Shown one piece after another: positions 1 to 13,386 of a stretch of 64,000 bases of DNA (the stretch's first letter is position 1; each line of letters starts with the position of its first letter). The notes below the pieces were generated by a model, which made no database searches, was not told the DNA's origin, and worked only from the letters and a program-made list of their open reading frames with translations. Location: contig NC_043004.1 in NCBI RefSeq assembly GCF_006345805.1, forward strand, positions 56,854,001 to 56,918,000. Direction: 5' to 3'. Both the position numbers and the translations under genes were made by a program. Source of the DNA: Octopus sinensis (Eukaryota).

Positions 1-191
1 ATATATATATAATATATAATATATATATATATAATATAATAATATATATATATAATATATAATATATATATATATAATATATAATATATATATATATATA
101 GATAATATATAATATATATATATGATATAATATATATATATAATATATAATATATATATTATATATATATATAATATAATATATATATATA

Positions 192-234
<43 letters not shown>

Positions 235-1140
235 ATATATATATATAATATATAATATTATATATATAATATAATATATATATATATAATATATAATATA
301 TATATATAATATATAATATATATATATATATAATATAATATATATATATATTATATATAATTATAATATATATATATAATATAATATATATATATAATAT
401 ATAATATATATATTATATATATATATAATATAATATATATATAATATAATATATATATATATATAATATATATATATATAATATATATATATAATATAAT
501 ATATATAATATATATATATATAATATATATATAATAATATATATATAATATATAATATATATATATATATAATATATATATATATAATACATAATATATA
601 ATATATAATATATATTAATATAATATATATAATTATATATATATATATAATATATATATATATAATATATATAATATATATATATAATATATATAATATA
701 TATATATATTATATATATATAATATATATAATATATATATATATAATATAGATATATATATATATATAATATATATATAATATATAATAATAATATATAA
801 ATATATACATAATATATAATATATAATATATATAATATATATATATATATATATAATATAATAATATATATATAATATATAATATAATATTAATATATAT
901 AATATATATATAATATAATATATTATATAATATATATAATATATATAATATATATATAGAATATATATAATAATATATAATATATATAATATATATAATA
1001 TATATAATATATATATATATAATATATATAATACATATATATATATAATAATATATATGATATATAATATATATATATATATATAATATATATAATACAT
1101 ATATATTAATATATATATATATATTAATATATATATATAA
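1..1140. repeat. (TA)n/(TATAA)n low-complexity microsatellite block
   Basis: Almost pure A/T dinucleotide and pentanucleotide repeats. The IY-rich ORFs 633-1167 are translations of it. Confidence 0.98.
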
Positions 1141-1505
1141 GAAATTAAAAACGGAAAATACCCACACTTACATGGTTATAGTATAATTTTTAAAGTATCG
1201 ACCGGTTTCGCAATCGCTATTCATGATATAATGTTTAATTTATATGAAAATATATTTTTTCCGAAGAAGAAATTGGGTCCATGTTGTTTGTAATGAAATT
1301 CACGAGTGAATGATTTTACAAGCTGACAAGTAAAGGGAGGTAATTGGTTGTTATTATTGTTATTGTTGTGCGTAAGGGAGATAACTGCTTAGGTTTTGGG
1401 TGAGGAATAAATATGTCTACAGAAAGGAGACAGGTTTAAAAAAAGGGGGCCTTGTTTAGTAGGGGATTTATGTAGTGATGTCATATGTAAAAATATAAAA
1501 ATTGG

Positions 1506-1776
1506 TTATGCGTGCTTAATAAAACGCGTTTTGTAATTTTCAATGAAAAAAAGTTTCTTTATTTAAGCGTTCTAGTTGAGAGATTGTGTCTTTGCACTGG
1601 TAGAAAGGGAAGTCTGTAAAATTTGGTTTGATGTTACCTGCACATTTTTCAATGTATTCACTAAGAGGAATTTGTCTGTATTGCGGGAAACGGATTTGCT
1701 CCTTATGCAGAGTGATTCTCTTCCTCGTTTGTGCAACCCGAGCAGGTTATTACAAAAGTTAGGTTCTCAGAGGCAG
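1506..1776 (-). pseudogene. GIY-YIG endonuclease C-terminal relic of a PLE
   Basis: Hand translation: ENLTFVITCSGC ... TLHKEQIRFPQYRQIPLSEYIEKCAGNIKPNFTDFPFYQCKDTISQLERLNIKKLFFIENYK. It is frameshifted and internally deleted, and parallels the copy at 56065-56460. Confidence 0.85.
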
Positions 1777-1804
1777 ACTCCTAACAAATGCGAAGCTTTA
1801 CAAA

Positions 1805-1927
1805 ACAACCACGAAACCAACGGTTGAAAAATGTGGACGCCCGAACTGTGGGACCTGCCCCCACCAGCTTGAAGGCTCTGGTTTCCTTTTCAAACAAGGA
1901 CAGAGGTTCACAATTAAAACTAGTTTC
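1805..1927 (+). pseudogene. PLE Cys-rich linker preceding GIY-YIG, in inverted orientation
   Basis: Plus-strand translation TTTKPTVEKCGRPNCGTCPHQLEGSGFLFKQGQRFTIKTSF is the segment that normally runs into CASENLIYV. Confidence 0.8.
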
Positions 1928-2559
1928 ATTACATACAACATGGACCCAATTTCTTCTTAAGAAAAAATATATTTTCATATAAATTAAACATTACATCATG
2001 AATAGCGATTGCGAAACCGGTCAATACATTAAAAATTATACTATAGCCATGTAACTGTGCGTATTTTCCGTTTTTAATTTTTTATATACATTACAATCCA
2101 CCACGTGGGGACAACCGAAATTCCTCTTTTCTGTTACTACTATATATATATATATGATTTAACTAATGTAAAGTACATATACCGCACTCATATACGTGGA
2201 GTTTCTTGTCAATTGTGTTGTTCTACTGACATTTATCTAGTCATTTAAAGATAGTTCAATGAAGCTTATAATCATATGTCTTGTTCACTGAGTGTTAATA
2301 GACTGTCTCAACTGACAAGGTCTGCGTTCTTTTGGGAATATAAATTTTTATCTTAATTTTTATTCGCTCACTCGGTGACCCGAATATTCGCTGTGAAATA
2401 TTTGTTTATGTTCCTTATCCTCAAGAGGTTTTGTGCAATTAAAACCATTTTGTGTAGCGCATTCAGTAGACCGATCAATATTACAAATACACATATATAA
2501 GTATGTATTTATGGGTGCACGCAAATCTATGCAGCATTTAAATGCAAAGCTGTCTATTT

Positions 2560-3030
2560 AATTAATAGTGTGTAATAGAATTTTATTTTTGTCTTTGGCT
2601 AGTAAATGTTTCTTCCCATTCGATGCTATCCAGAAATCAAAGGAAATGACTGTTATTCCCTTCAAACATTGCTTTTGTATCGTGGACATTAATGATTTGA
2701 AAATGATCTTCTTTCCATTAGATTTCAGTTGTTGAAGCAGAAATGTCGTTATACCAAATATTCTGATCGATACCACGGATTGGCTTGTCAGTTGCTTGAC
2801 CTTACCTTCGTGAGCATGTCCCTTAGTGGCTGAAAATATACGCAACTATGATTATGAGCAGGGGAAGCGGGGGAACATCATAGCCATATGTCGAGAGGAA
2901 TTCTTGGGGGGAGGGTTTAATAAATGTAACACAAGCAAATTTGAAGGAAATATTAGCCACTTTTCATAATCTCTTGAGGTAAGCAATTAAGAAATAACTG
3001 GTTACCCAAGTACAAAAATTGTGTTACACA
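2560..3030 (-). mobile_element. Interspersed repeat, unclassified (probably non-autonomous DNA transposon)
   Basis: Shares the motifs ggtaac..gttattt, ggctatgatg.tcc and gacatgctca..ggt.aag..aagcaactga with 37040-37330 and 52345-52620. Confidence 0.6.
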
Positions 3031-4685
3031 GTCTCAGACATTACCAATTGTTTATGTAAAGCGAATTTTTGACGTTCTAAGCAAGTTAGTGATAATTGAA
3101 GGTTTGTTCGAGTCTTCAGCGAAACTTACAGATTATTGCCATTTGCACAAAAATAAATGTCGAGAGGTTTTCGGTGCAACAACTTAAAAATTTCCCCTTT
3201 TATATGCAAAACAGCCGATTGTAAATAATTGCGTTTTGGCCATGTAGTAAGTATTTTTACAAAGTACTCAAAATTATTTAAAAAATGGAGTTGTATGACA
3301 TTCCTCTGTTTTTAGCATGTATATTAACTGCGGTGGGGTATTTCGTTTTACTCTATAGAATCTATGCAGATTATGCCTTCTTCGCCATCGAAATTTTCTG
3401 TTACAGTGGCGGACAATGTAAATATTGTTCTAGAAGTGTTCTACTTAATACTACTTTACTCAATATCTTTCTTGAGTATTAATGCGAGTTATAAGAAACT
3501 TGAATATCAAGCCTGTTATCAAATTATCTTGGAAACGGATTTCATTGGGTCGCATAATATACACTATAGGCATTGTATTTTCGTTAGATTCGCCCTCATG
3601 TTAAAGCGATTAACGATATATAAATCTGTTTATACTTGAAAAAAAAATATGCTTAAAAGCATTATACAAGGTGCATTGTTCGGATTGCATCATATTTCAA
3701 GGGACCCATTTAAAAACGAAAGTATATGACGTAAATTACATTAAATGCGAAATTGCATTACATATATACACACAAACTATCACCTTTGATAATAGGACAA
3801 CTTAACAGTAACATAGAACAATTCAGCCGTGAAATGATATACTTCGAGAGATATTCTTCTCATCTGAAAAAATAGGGAGTAAGTTTCGGGCATTTCTAGA
3901 AGCTAATCATGGTAATTTATTCAACTGATGATCTGGAGAATAGTAGAACAAGACAATTCTTTAATTACTCACAGATCAGCGAACCTTTGGTTTTTGAAAC
4001 GAAAATCAATATTTTTGTGTGTATCTATGCAATTTCGTGCATAATTTCTTGCTGTAGCATACACGGTGAGGTGCATCGTGCAAAAATTGCTACAATCAAA
4101 TATCTATTAATACAGGCGCCAAGCATTTTATAAATTTATCAAAAATTACTACTTTCTCTCTCCACAGAATAATTGTTGCTTATCTGCGCACTGGCTGCAA
4201 CAATATATAATTATTGTTTCCAGAGAGAGAGAAAACTATGGTTTTGCAATATAAATGTGTTTCTCAAGAGAATTGGCAATATACGTAAAGTGAAACAGTT
4301 ATAAGACGAAATGATAACTTTAACCAATACGATATCTTTAATCCAACACGTAGCCACAATAAAATACCAACTTACTGTGAGATGAGAAGCTACAACTTTA
4401 AACAAGGAATTATATTTTTAGATACAAGCAGACGCACGTACGTCCTTATATCTACGTTGTCCGTCGAAAACCAATTGCTTATCGGCACGAATCCGCTGTA
4501 TATCTTTGAGTTTCGTTTTTCTTGTAGTCTCAGGTGAATTCCGAGTGAGGTTTTGAGGAAGGAACCTATATCATAATCATTCCTTTAACACAATTATAGA
4601 TTGAACTCTGGGAAAATGCAACGACAAAACACATATGTCAAGTGTCGACTAAGTTTTTTAAATGTTCCATAATGCAAGTGATATC

Positions 4686-4710
<25 letters not shown>

Positions 4711-4717
<7 letters not shown>

Positions 4718-5989
4718 AAAGGGCTTAGTAAAATAAATTACTTTGCCGCATACTGAACTCATTAGAAATAGCAGCTAAAAAACTTTTTTAAGGCTATTTC
4801 TAATACTTAAAGAAAATCTCTCTCATATATAGTGTTTGCTTAATTCAACTCACAAAAGTTTGGGGGTAAGGACATCGAAAAATCAAATGCTAAGGTTATT
4901 CGAGAACGTACGTTTCAAGATTAGTCAAAACAACATTTCTATCATCGGCTCGGAAATTCCTTGGTTTGGATTTGGAAACACTGAAAATAAGAACATACCC
5001 TTTCGAAGATCTGCTCCCAACTAACAGTGCCAACAAATTCAAAATAAGCAAGCGAAGAATCTCTGTTCTCCCCTTTCCACCAGCGTGGGTTAAAATCATC
5101 AAACACTATGCTTATTTCGGTAAAATCCGAAGCATTAATCAGAGGGAGATTAATTATAATTTCAACAATTGAGGGCAAAATTAATTAATTATTAATCAAT
5201 TTCACCAAGTGTTCAGTATGCAAAGGGACCATTCAAGGCGAATTCAAATTATTACATTATATAAAAGGGCTTAGTAAAATAAATTACTTTGCCGCATACT
5301 GAACTCATTAGAAATAGCAGCTAAAAAACTTTTTTAAGGCTATTTCTAATACTTAAAGAAAATCTCTCTCATATATAGTGTTTGCTTAATTCAACTCACA
5401 AAAGTTTGGGGGTAAGGACATCGAAAAATCAAATGCTAAGGTTATTCGAGAACGTACGTTTCAAGATTAGTCAAAACAACATTTCTATCATCTAGCATAG
5501 TGTTTGATGATTTTAACCCACGCTGGTGGAAAGGGGAGAACAGAGATTCTTCGCTTGCTTATTTTGAATTTGTTGGCACTGTTAGTTGGGAGCAGATCTT
5601 CGAAAGGGTATGTTCTTATTTTCAGTGTTTCCAAATCCAAACCAAGGAATTTCTGAGCCGATGATAGAAATGTTGTTTTGACTAATCTTGAAACGTACGT
5701 TCTCGAATAACCTTAGCATTTGATTTTTCGATGTCCTTACCCCCAAACTTTTGTGAGTTGAATTAAGCAAACACTATATATGAGAGAGATTTTCTTTAAG
5801 TATTAGAAATAGCCTTAAAAAAGTTTTTTAGCTGCTATTTCTAATGAGTTCAGTATGCGGCAAAGTAATTTATTTTACTAAGCCCTTTTATATAATGTAA
5901 TAATTTGAATTCGCCTTGAATGGTCCCTTTGCATACTGAACACTTGGTGAAATTGATTAATAATTAATTAATTTTGCCCTCAATTGTTG

Positions 5990-5993
<4 letters not shown>
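4711..5993. mobile_element. Non-coding PLE pseudo-LTR-type array: 546-bp tandem plus full inverted copy
   Basis: 4711-4942 recurs at 5257-5491. 5492-5993 is the reverse complement of the unit. Both ends abut (TA)n. Related diverged copies lie at 23936-24200 and 24433-24620. Confidence 0.75.
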
Positions 5994-6032
<39 letters not shown>

Positions 6033-6177
6033 GCACGCAGAGACATATACAAACGTACAAACACACACGCACTCACACATGTGCACACACGATCGCAAAT
6101 GCAGATGCAAAAGCATGTGCATGTAAGGATATACTTCATAGAAGAACAGAATGGACTACGCGGAGAAATACAATATA

Positions 6178-6216
<39 letters not shown>

Positions 6217-6357
6217 ATATATATATATAATTCAGTAAATTGACTGAGGGCACAAGTAAGCACTCCGTTTCGGTTGTAAAACTGCGAAAAAGCCAACTAT
6301 ATTGTTTATATAATAATAATAGTAATGATGATAATAATATGCACACACACACACACA

Positions 6358-6397
<40 letters not shown>

Positions 6398-6410
6398 CTT
6401 TTTATTTATA

Positions 6411-6780
6411 ATTAATAGTTACCGCCATACTAATATGGCAGTCTTATAAATATAAGACTAAAGCTGTCGCTGGTTAGCTCCATGAGGCCACGGCCTCAAG
6501 CTAGCTATTTGACACACGAATCTGCGTCCATTAAAAACCTTCGAACAAGGGAGGTCAGCCGCTTCATCCTGCCAGTCAGACAGCTAAAGACGACGTTTCA
6601 ATGCAGCGTAGTCAGACTTGCAGGTGTCGCTACTGATCGTCCCAGTTCGAATGCTTTTAATAGACGCAGATTCGTGTGTCAAATAGTTAGCTTGAAGCGG
6701 TGGCCTCATGGAGCTAACCAGCGACAGCTTTAGTCTTATATTTATAAGACTGCCATATTAGTATGGCGATAACTATTAAT
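6411..6780. mobile_element. MITE, 370 bp, with about 136-bp terminal inverted repeats
   Basis: 6411-6546 and 6645-6780 are near-perfect inverted repeats. The ends fit either a TA or a TTAA duplication. The interior is non-coding. Confidence 0.85.
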
Positions 6781-7342
6781 TTCCAGTAACGCTGGCGTAA
6801 TCTCCTTTAGAGCGACCTAGTAATTTTAATATTTCTATTATTTTTATTTATATTTATATTTATATACGTATGTGCTGACGTATATTAGCGTGCAGTTATA
6901 TGCGTCCGTGGGTACGTATAATTGTCTATTTACAATAACTCCATATGACATTCTGCAAATTATTGAATCAGGAGGAAGACTCAGAATGGTTTCCAAATAC
7001 TGAGCACATGAACGTAATTACATAATAAATCCCACGTCTAATCCCAAATGTGATGTACTTCAAATGAAAATAGTTTAAATTCATGTCGAACTCTAATTTC
7101 AAATTATGATTTGTTTGTAAATATTGAGGATAATTGCATACGCGCTTTCAAATTCATAATTAAGCGTAATCTTGATTGCTAATATGTGTAAGGTACTAGA
7201 TGAATTTAAATAATAGTGTACAAAACATTCCATGAAATAATGGAAGAGTGAAGTGGTTTGTAACTGCATATTTACATGTAACACAGTTCCCTAAGACTAC
7301 ATAAAGTAAAGTGTCATTTAAAGCTGCTTTCATTATCAAAGA

Positions 7343-7595
7343 GGAGGCGCGTGGCTTAGTGGGTAGGGTGTCAGCATCATGATCGTAAGATTGTGGTCTC
7401 GATTCCTGGACCGGGCGACGTGTTGTGTCCTTGAGCAAAACACTTCATTTCACGTTGCTCCAGTCCACTCAGCTGGCAAAAATCAGTAACGCTACGATGG
7501 ACTGGTGTCCCGTCCAGCCGGGGAACACATACGCCATTGAAACCCGGAAACCGGGTCCATGAGCCTGGCTAGGCTTTAAAAGAGTGCATTTATTT
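7343..7595 (+). mobile_element. tRNA-derived SINE (family with gtgtccttgagcaa core)
   Basis: A-box-like tggcttagtgg, B-box-like tctcgattcc, CORE-like ccttgagcaaaacactt and AT-rich tail. Confidence 0.85.
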
Positions 7596-8392
7596 ATTTA
7601 ATTATTTTATTTCATTATCGAAATGTAGTCACGGAGCTTCTTTGAATGAAAACCATGTTGTATTAAATAACGAATTTATCAGCATAGAGGAAGGGAACCA
7701 TTTTTTAAAAAATGAAACCTTTGAAACAGAAATACAAACACGATAGAGTAAAAGATAAATCAACAATTAACGTTTGCAGTTGTTTATGAAAACGTATGGG
7801 TAAACCACGCGTTAAAATTTAAATCACGGAATTAGAGCTGTACTTATAAATATTTGATTAATGCCCATTAAAGAAATGTATGTGAAAAGTCTATCGCGAG
7901 TGTGCGTTAGAAGTAAATTTTGTGGAAGGCATTGATTAATATACTCACATATAATAATATATAGACATTATATAAATCGAAGTGGCTGTTGAATTTTACT
8001 AACCCAGTTTAACCCCAGGCAAATTTTCCGCCAGCTGGTTATCAGCGCGACTCTGCATTCTTTATACAAAATATATTGTTAGCAAGGGGGCGAATCCCAA
8101 CCAGGTAACAGGATCACCAGACTGACACAGTCGCGAGCACGTGCATGCCAGAGCAATAGCCAGAGTCCCCTAACGCTAATAATATCTTATAAACAAATTA
8201 ATCATCGATTACTGATTTGCAACATGCAAAAAAGTTAGTTATAAAATCTCAAGTTGAGACAGATAGAAACTGTACTAAACAGTAAAGTTAATCGACAAAT
8301 CAATGTGTCTGTTGAATGTTACTACTGGTTTAACCCTCGGCAGATTCTCCGCTAACTGGTTATCGGTGCAACTTTGCACTCTTTATATACAA

Positions 8393-8789
8393 CTAGCTGT
8401 ATCGCTCGGCGTTGCTCGGGTTTGTAAGGGAAATAACTATATAAGCATTTTTAGAGATGTAAAGTATAATAGCCATCTCAATATGGCTAACCACAAAAGG
8501 GGGGGTGTTAATGTAGCTTTTTACATTCTGAGATTTAATAATAAATTTTTAGAGAGTTACTTCCCTTATATATGCCAAAAATGCATTAAAAATGTGAAAA
8601 ATTGATGGTAATTTTTTTTTTAAATCGTAGACTTATCGTAGACACGCGCTAATTCCCAGAAGGACTCGATATGAATCCCGACTATAAGATACCCGGTTTT
8701 GGTTAAACTGCATCGCAAAATGTGGGAGTAGTTAGGAATCTAAATCGTAGGAGACAGACAGCACACAACTTCACTTTTATATATAAAGA
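8393..8789 (-). mobile_element. Non-autonomous Helitron, 397 bp
   Basis: The minus strand starts TC (8789-8788) and ends CTAG (8396-8393), inserted between A and T. A GC-rich subterminal hairpin (cccgagcaacgccgagc) is present and there is no TSD. Confidence 0.88.
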
Positions 8790-9086
8790 TATATTGTTAG
8801 CAGGGGTAGCAAACTCTACCACCACTATTATTGTTATTGTAGTTTTTGTTGTTGTTGTTGTTGTTGTTGTTATTGTAGTTTCTGTTGTTGTTGCTGTTGT
8901 TGCTGTTTTGGTTTATATTTACTTTAAATCTGTATAGTTGTTGCAATTAGTTGCAAAGACACACTCTGCGTCTTGGAGCAATTCAAGTTAAAGAGACGCT
9001 ACAGTGTGACTGAAAGCTTGAGGTTAGAGCTGTAGCGAAGTATCTCCATATAATACAACACGGACATTTAAATTAATAGGTCTTTT

Positions 9087-9200
9087 CGGGTCCAGTCCCA
9101 CTGCGTGGAACCTTAGGCAAGTGTCTTCTACTATAGCCTCGGGCCGACCAAAGCATTGTGGGTGGATTTGGTTGACGGAAACTGAAAGAAGCACGTCGTA

Positions 9201-9246
<46 letters not shown>

Positions 9247-9478
9247 TATGTATGTGTGTGTATATGTTTGTGTGTCTGTGTTTGTCCTCCCAAATCGCTT
9301 GACAACCGATGCTGGTGTGTTTACGTCCCCGTAACTTAGCTGTTCTGCAAAAGAATAAGATAGAATAATTACTAGGCTTACAAAGAATAAGTTCTGGGGT
9401 CGATTTCTTTGACTAAAGGCTGTGCTCCAGCAGGGCCGTAGTCAAATGCCTGAAACAAGTAAAAGAGAGTAAAACAGT
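9087..9478 (+). mobile_element. tRNA-derived SINE, octopus OK-like family (5' truncated)
   Basis: Contains the cccactgcgtgg..ggcaagtgtcttctactatagcc..gacggaaactgaaagaagc head, internal (TA)n/(TG)n and gaaacaagtaaaag tail shared by more than 10 copies in the window. Confidence 0.9.
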
Positions 9479-9744
9479 AAAGAGTACTTGTCAGCACAAT
9501 ATTTTCGATTTCTCTGAAACAAGGTTCTCCTGAGAATTTGTCTAGATGTTTCTGTCATCTCATTTTTATCATACAAAGGGGGCCTATAATAAAAGGGCAT
9601 GTTTTTGCATAAACTGCCACATCCTCTATCTTTCAATTTCCAGGTTCTTATATTTGCTAAGTTTGTTAAATTCCTTTATAGTTATCCATAGGAAAACTTA
9701 CACCTATTAGTTTACATGTATTTTCTTCCTAGTCTTTAATAAGT

Positions 9745-10345
9745 ATGTTTCGTCGATTAATCTGGATCGTTCACTTAATGTTGCTTGGAAGATCCCAGAG
9801 GATGGCGTCATTTTTACTTTCAAAGACTGACTCGGGGTGATGTTCATACGAGTTAGTAGGACTGTCTACTCTATCGTGGCAAAGGATATCCCGAAGCAAA
9901 ATGATTTTATGAAATGTATCGCAGAATTTGCATTTAGAGTCAGTACCGCTTTGAAGAACATTAGCCTGGGAATTTCTGGTAAGCAAGCTTTGATGCTGTA
10001 CTGCCCGTATGAAGCCTTTAGGCTCTGCTTTCAATCCTGAACTTCTCAGCCACTGATGGGTCATTGCTTGGTCTACATCCGCGTATTAACTTCGAAAAAT
10101 ATATTGCCCATTTAGGGTTTTCTGAGCCCCGCTACTCCTCAAGTTGTTTCTGCCCGTTCTTTTTATCAGTAAGCTTGATTTGATTGGCTTCCTTAGTGGC
10201 AGTGGTTTCAGCTTCGCCTAATTCAAGGTTAATGCCAAATTCTATCGCTACTTTATAAACTTCTTGACTATAAAACGTGACTTTTAGCTGCTTTCATCTT
10301 CGCATACAAGTCGTAGCATCCAGTCCCTTATACTAGATAACTACC
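9745..10345 (-). pseudogene. R4/Dong-like (RLE) non-LTR retrotransposon ORF relic
   Basis: ORF 9771-10064: THQWLRSSGLKAEPKGFI..Q.QSLLTRN.QAN..QSGTDSKCKFC..HDRV..YEHHPE..ILWD. This is the post-RT CCHC region of RLE elements, with stops and frameshifts. Confidence 0.8.
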
Positions 10346-11269
10346 AGTTCCCTATTTTATAACAATAATAATAATAATTATTATTATTAGCTCTGAATTT
10401 TTTATTGGTATTTTCAGATTTTTCAGACAATTATTGATATATATATATATATATATACATACATATGACGACTGACTTTCCAGTTGTTGAGCTTCTCATA
10501 TTTTTTCCATCATACATCCTCTTTTTATCAACTTTACATTGAATAATAATGCTTTTTAAGTTTAACTAAACTTTTATATTAAATACTACTCGTATATACA
10601 ATAAGAATATAATAAATACTTAGCTACTCCATAAACGCTTAGAATACAAAGAAATCAGTTTCGTTTTCCTCTTTATTTATTTTGCTGTCACAAAGTTTGG
10701 GTTCTGAGCCTACATAATTAGTATTTCGCCCAACTGACATATTAGCTAAATGCCATAAAATCTCATTCTTGAGTCTTAGGAAAATAAGCTATCGAAACTG
10801 TGTTCTTGAATTTACTTGAAATTAACTTAAGGAAGAGTGAAAGCAGGAATTTCTAATAACATTGTCAGAACTCTTCCTTTTTTTTTCAAATACTTTGTAA
10901 TATAATATGTTCATACTCTGTAGTCTAAAGATTTTCTTTCACAAATTAGCATTTTTTGTTTCGTGTTTCATAAAATTCTTATATAACATGACAACCAGCA
11001 TAGAAATATGTAGAAAACAAAACAAAACAATTGAGTTTGTTTCTATGACATTCAATAACATGCTTTCCCTCGACAATAAATATATATCTGTTATATAAGT
11101 AAAATCTCATCTCACGTGAGACTACCGAACGCTCTTTAGTATCATTTGGTATGCATACAGGACTCAACAGCATTGTTTTATCTAATGCTTGAACCATACA
11201 TGTCTGTACGTATGTTTGTATGTATGGTGATAATTTAAAAAAAAAACAAAAACAAAAGGCGAGGTCGGG

Positions 11270-11480
11270 TGTGTAAACAACAAACTGATGTACCAGTTTA
11301 ACGTTCGGGAAATTCTTTTACGTTTCGAGCCTACGCTCTTCGACAAAAGAAACACAGAGATAAACTGGGAGAGAAAATAGAAAATGTATAGTGCCTAGCG
11401 AATGCCGGATAGAGGGGTAACTTAGGAGAGCTAGGAAGAAGGGGAGATAATAAAATACTGGTGATCCCAAAACGAAGGTA
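11270..11480 (-). mobile_element. PLE-type 3' fragment carrying a degenerate hammerhead (11314-11351)
   Basis: Same family as 51600-51760: GAGC-GTAG-GCTC stem II and GAAACGTA, with C3 deleted. Confidence 0.7.
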
Positions 11481-11540
11481 TGTATGTATGCGTTTATACA
11501 TACATAAATACATACATACATACATACATATATATATATA

Positions 11541-11969
11541 TTAAATTAGAGATAAAACCACTATTAGGCAAATCAAACAGTGAAAAACATAAACCAAAAC
11601 ATAGAATAAAATAAGTAATATACAAAATATATAAAATATAAAATACAAAATTTAAAATTTAAATTATTTAAATTTAAAGTTAAAAAGTACTTTTTATCTT
11701 ATATTAAACTTTTAATATTTTTTGATAGTTATATGTATAAAAAATTATTAAATAAATAAATAAATAAATAATAAAAATAAATATATATATATATAAATTT
11801 ATAAATATAAAAATTAATTAATAATTTTAAATTTTTAACATTAAATTTAAATAATTTAAATTTTGTATTTTATACATTTTGTATATTATATTAATTATTT
11901 TTTATTTCTGTTTTGGTTTATGTTTTTCACTGTTAGATTTGCCTAATAGTTGTTTTATCTCTAATTTAA
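11541..11969. repeat. AT-rich fold-back element with about 130-bp inverted arms
   Basis: aaattagagataaaaccactattaggcaaatcaaacag... is mirrored at 11969. The termini resemble those of the 22529-22862 palindrome. Confidence 0.8.
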
Positions 11970-12437
11970 TTTATATTTATACTGTAAAACTAGATTTAAT
12001 CCTAAATCTAATTTTTCCCCGTAAGTAAAATGTAAGTTCGAAGTTTTCGACATTTTAATCGCAAGTAATCAACAGGTCTACAAGAAATCGCATATCACTT
12101 ATTGATGAAAAAAAACATCATCTCATTTGATCCTTCGATTCACGCAGCCTTACATCAGAATTACGAACATTTACAGTTTTATATGAAATATTCGAGACGA
12201 ATTCATAAATGAACATAATCCATTAATCATTCAGTAACAACAAAACACATTTATATTCGTTAGCTTCGCCTCAATTAAATGTGCTTAATGGAACAATGTA
12301 ATTTTAATGGAATTTGTAACCAAGAACTTGATAAAATTACTAACACACACACAAACACACACACACATACACACACACACCTGCGTAATGAGATAAAAAA
12401 ACCAAGGCTGTGTAGATATTAGAACATTTATGGATAA

Positions 12438-12489
12438 GTCATACAACTGTTTTCAGGATATTCATTAATTATATGCCTTCATCGGAGAC
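12438..12489 (-). ncRNA. Degenerate minimal type I hammerhead motif
   Basis: GTCT-CCGATGA-AGG..CCT-GAAAAC-AGTT-GTA-TGAC. The core carries U4C and an extra A. Confidence 0.55.
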
Positions 12490-12811
12490 GGTATGAGAAG
12501 ATGATTAAGTCATTGTTAGTTTAGATGTGATACAAAATAGAGAGTGAGGTGGAGGAAAGAAAATAGATACAAGATATGTAGGGATATTGAAGTTGTAAAA
12601 TCATTTTTTAAGGCAGAATGGTATATATGTAATGTTCCAATACCCTAGGAGTAAAGTCCAAAAGTCCAACAGAGTTTAAAATGGGTCCTTCCAAATATAG
12701 AGTTTATAGACATTGTAAGATTCTCTTATGAATGAGATCCAGCAGTCTTGAAACTTGGTCATTCCAAGTAGAGAATTTATATACAGTGTTACAGAGTCAA
12801 AGGTTTCTATT

Positions 12812-12861
<50 letters not shown>

Positions 12862-13246
12862 TGTGGTGTATGTAAGTATGTATGTATGTATGTATATAAG
12901 TATGTATATGTATTGGGTTGGCGCATAATTAACAGCCATTGTTATAAGTTATAAATTATTATCTAAAGTATAAAACTCGTTTTGTTCAAATTGAGTTCCG
13001 CACAAAGCGAAGACCCCCAAGCGAACAAAGGGCGCTATGATTAATTTTTACTATATCATAGTGGCTAATGATGGTGCCTCAGGCTCACCGCGCTTTATGG
13101 TTAGGACTGGCGTATACGCAAACCATAGAGTGTCAATTTTCAACTTTTACATAATAGCAGACACCACTGACAATTGTCTAATTGGGCTGCGTACTTCCTA
13201 GCGCCGGCTCTGCATACACCCACACACACATGTACATATATGGATA

Positions 13247-13386
<140 letters not shown>

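Larger units (their letters stand above)
1141..2075 (-). mobile_element. Decayed Penelope-like element with inverted pseudo-LTR ends
   Basis: 1141-1300 and 1925-2075 are roughly 90% identical inverted copies. GIY-YIG remnants lie between them, and the minus-strand 3' end abuts (TA)n. Confidence 0.85.

Noticed and set aside
5655-5705. CCGATGA..GAAACGTA as a hammerhead
   Set aside because: No stem I, and stem II does not close next to GAAA.
5910-5951. HHR-shaped fold TTCGCC-TTGAATG..GAAC..GGTGAA (also at 23.97 and 24.47 kb)
   Set aside because: Stem I is plausible, but both core strands are non-canonical and vary between copies.
12912-12940. Mariner-like TIR tattgggttggcgcataattaa
   Set aside because: No matching partner TIR or transposase remnant was identified.
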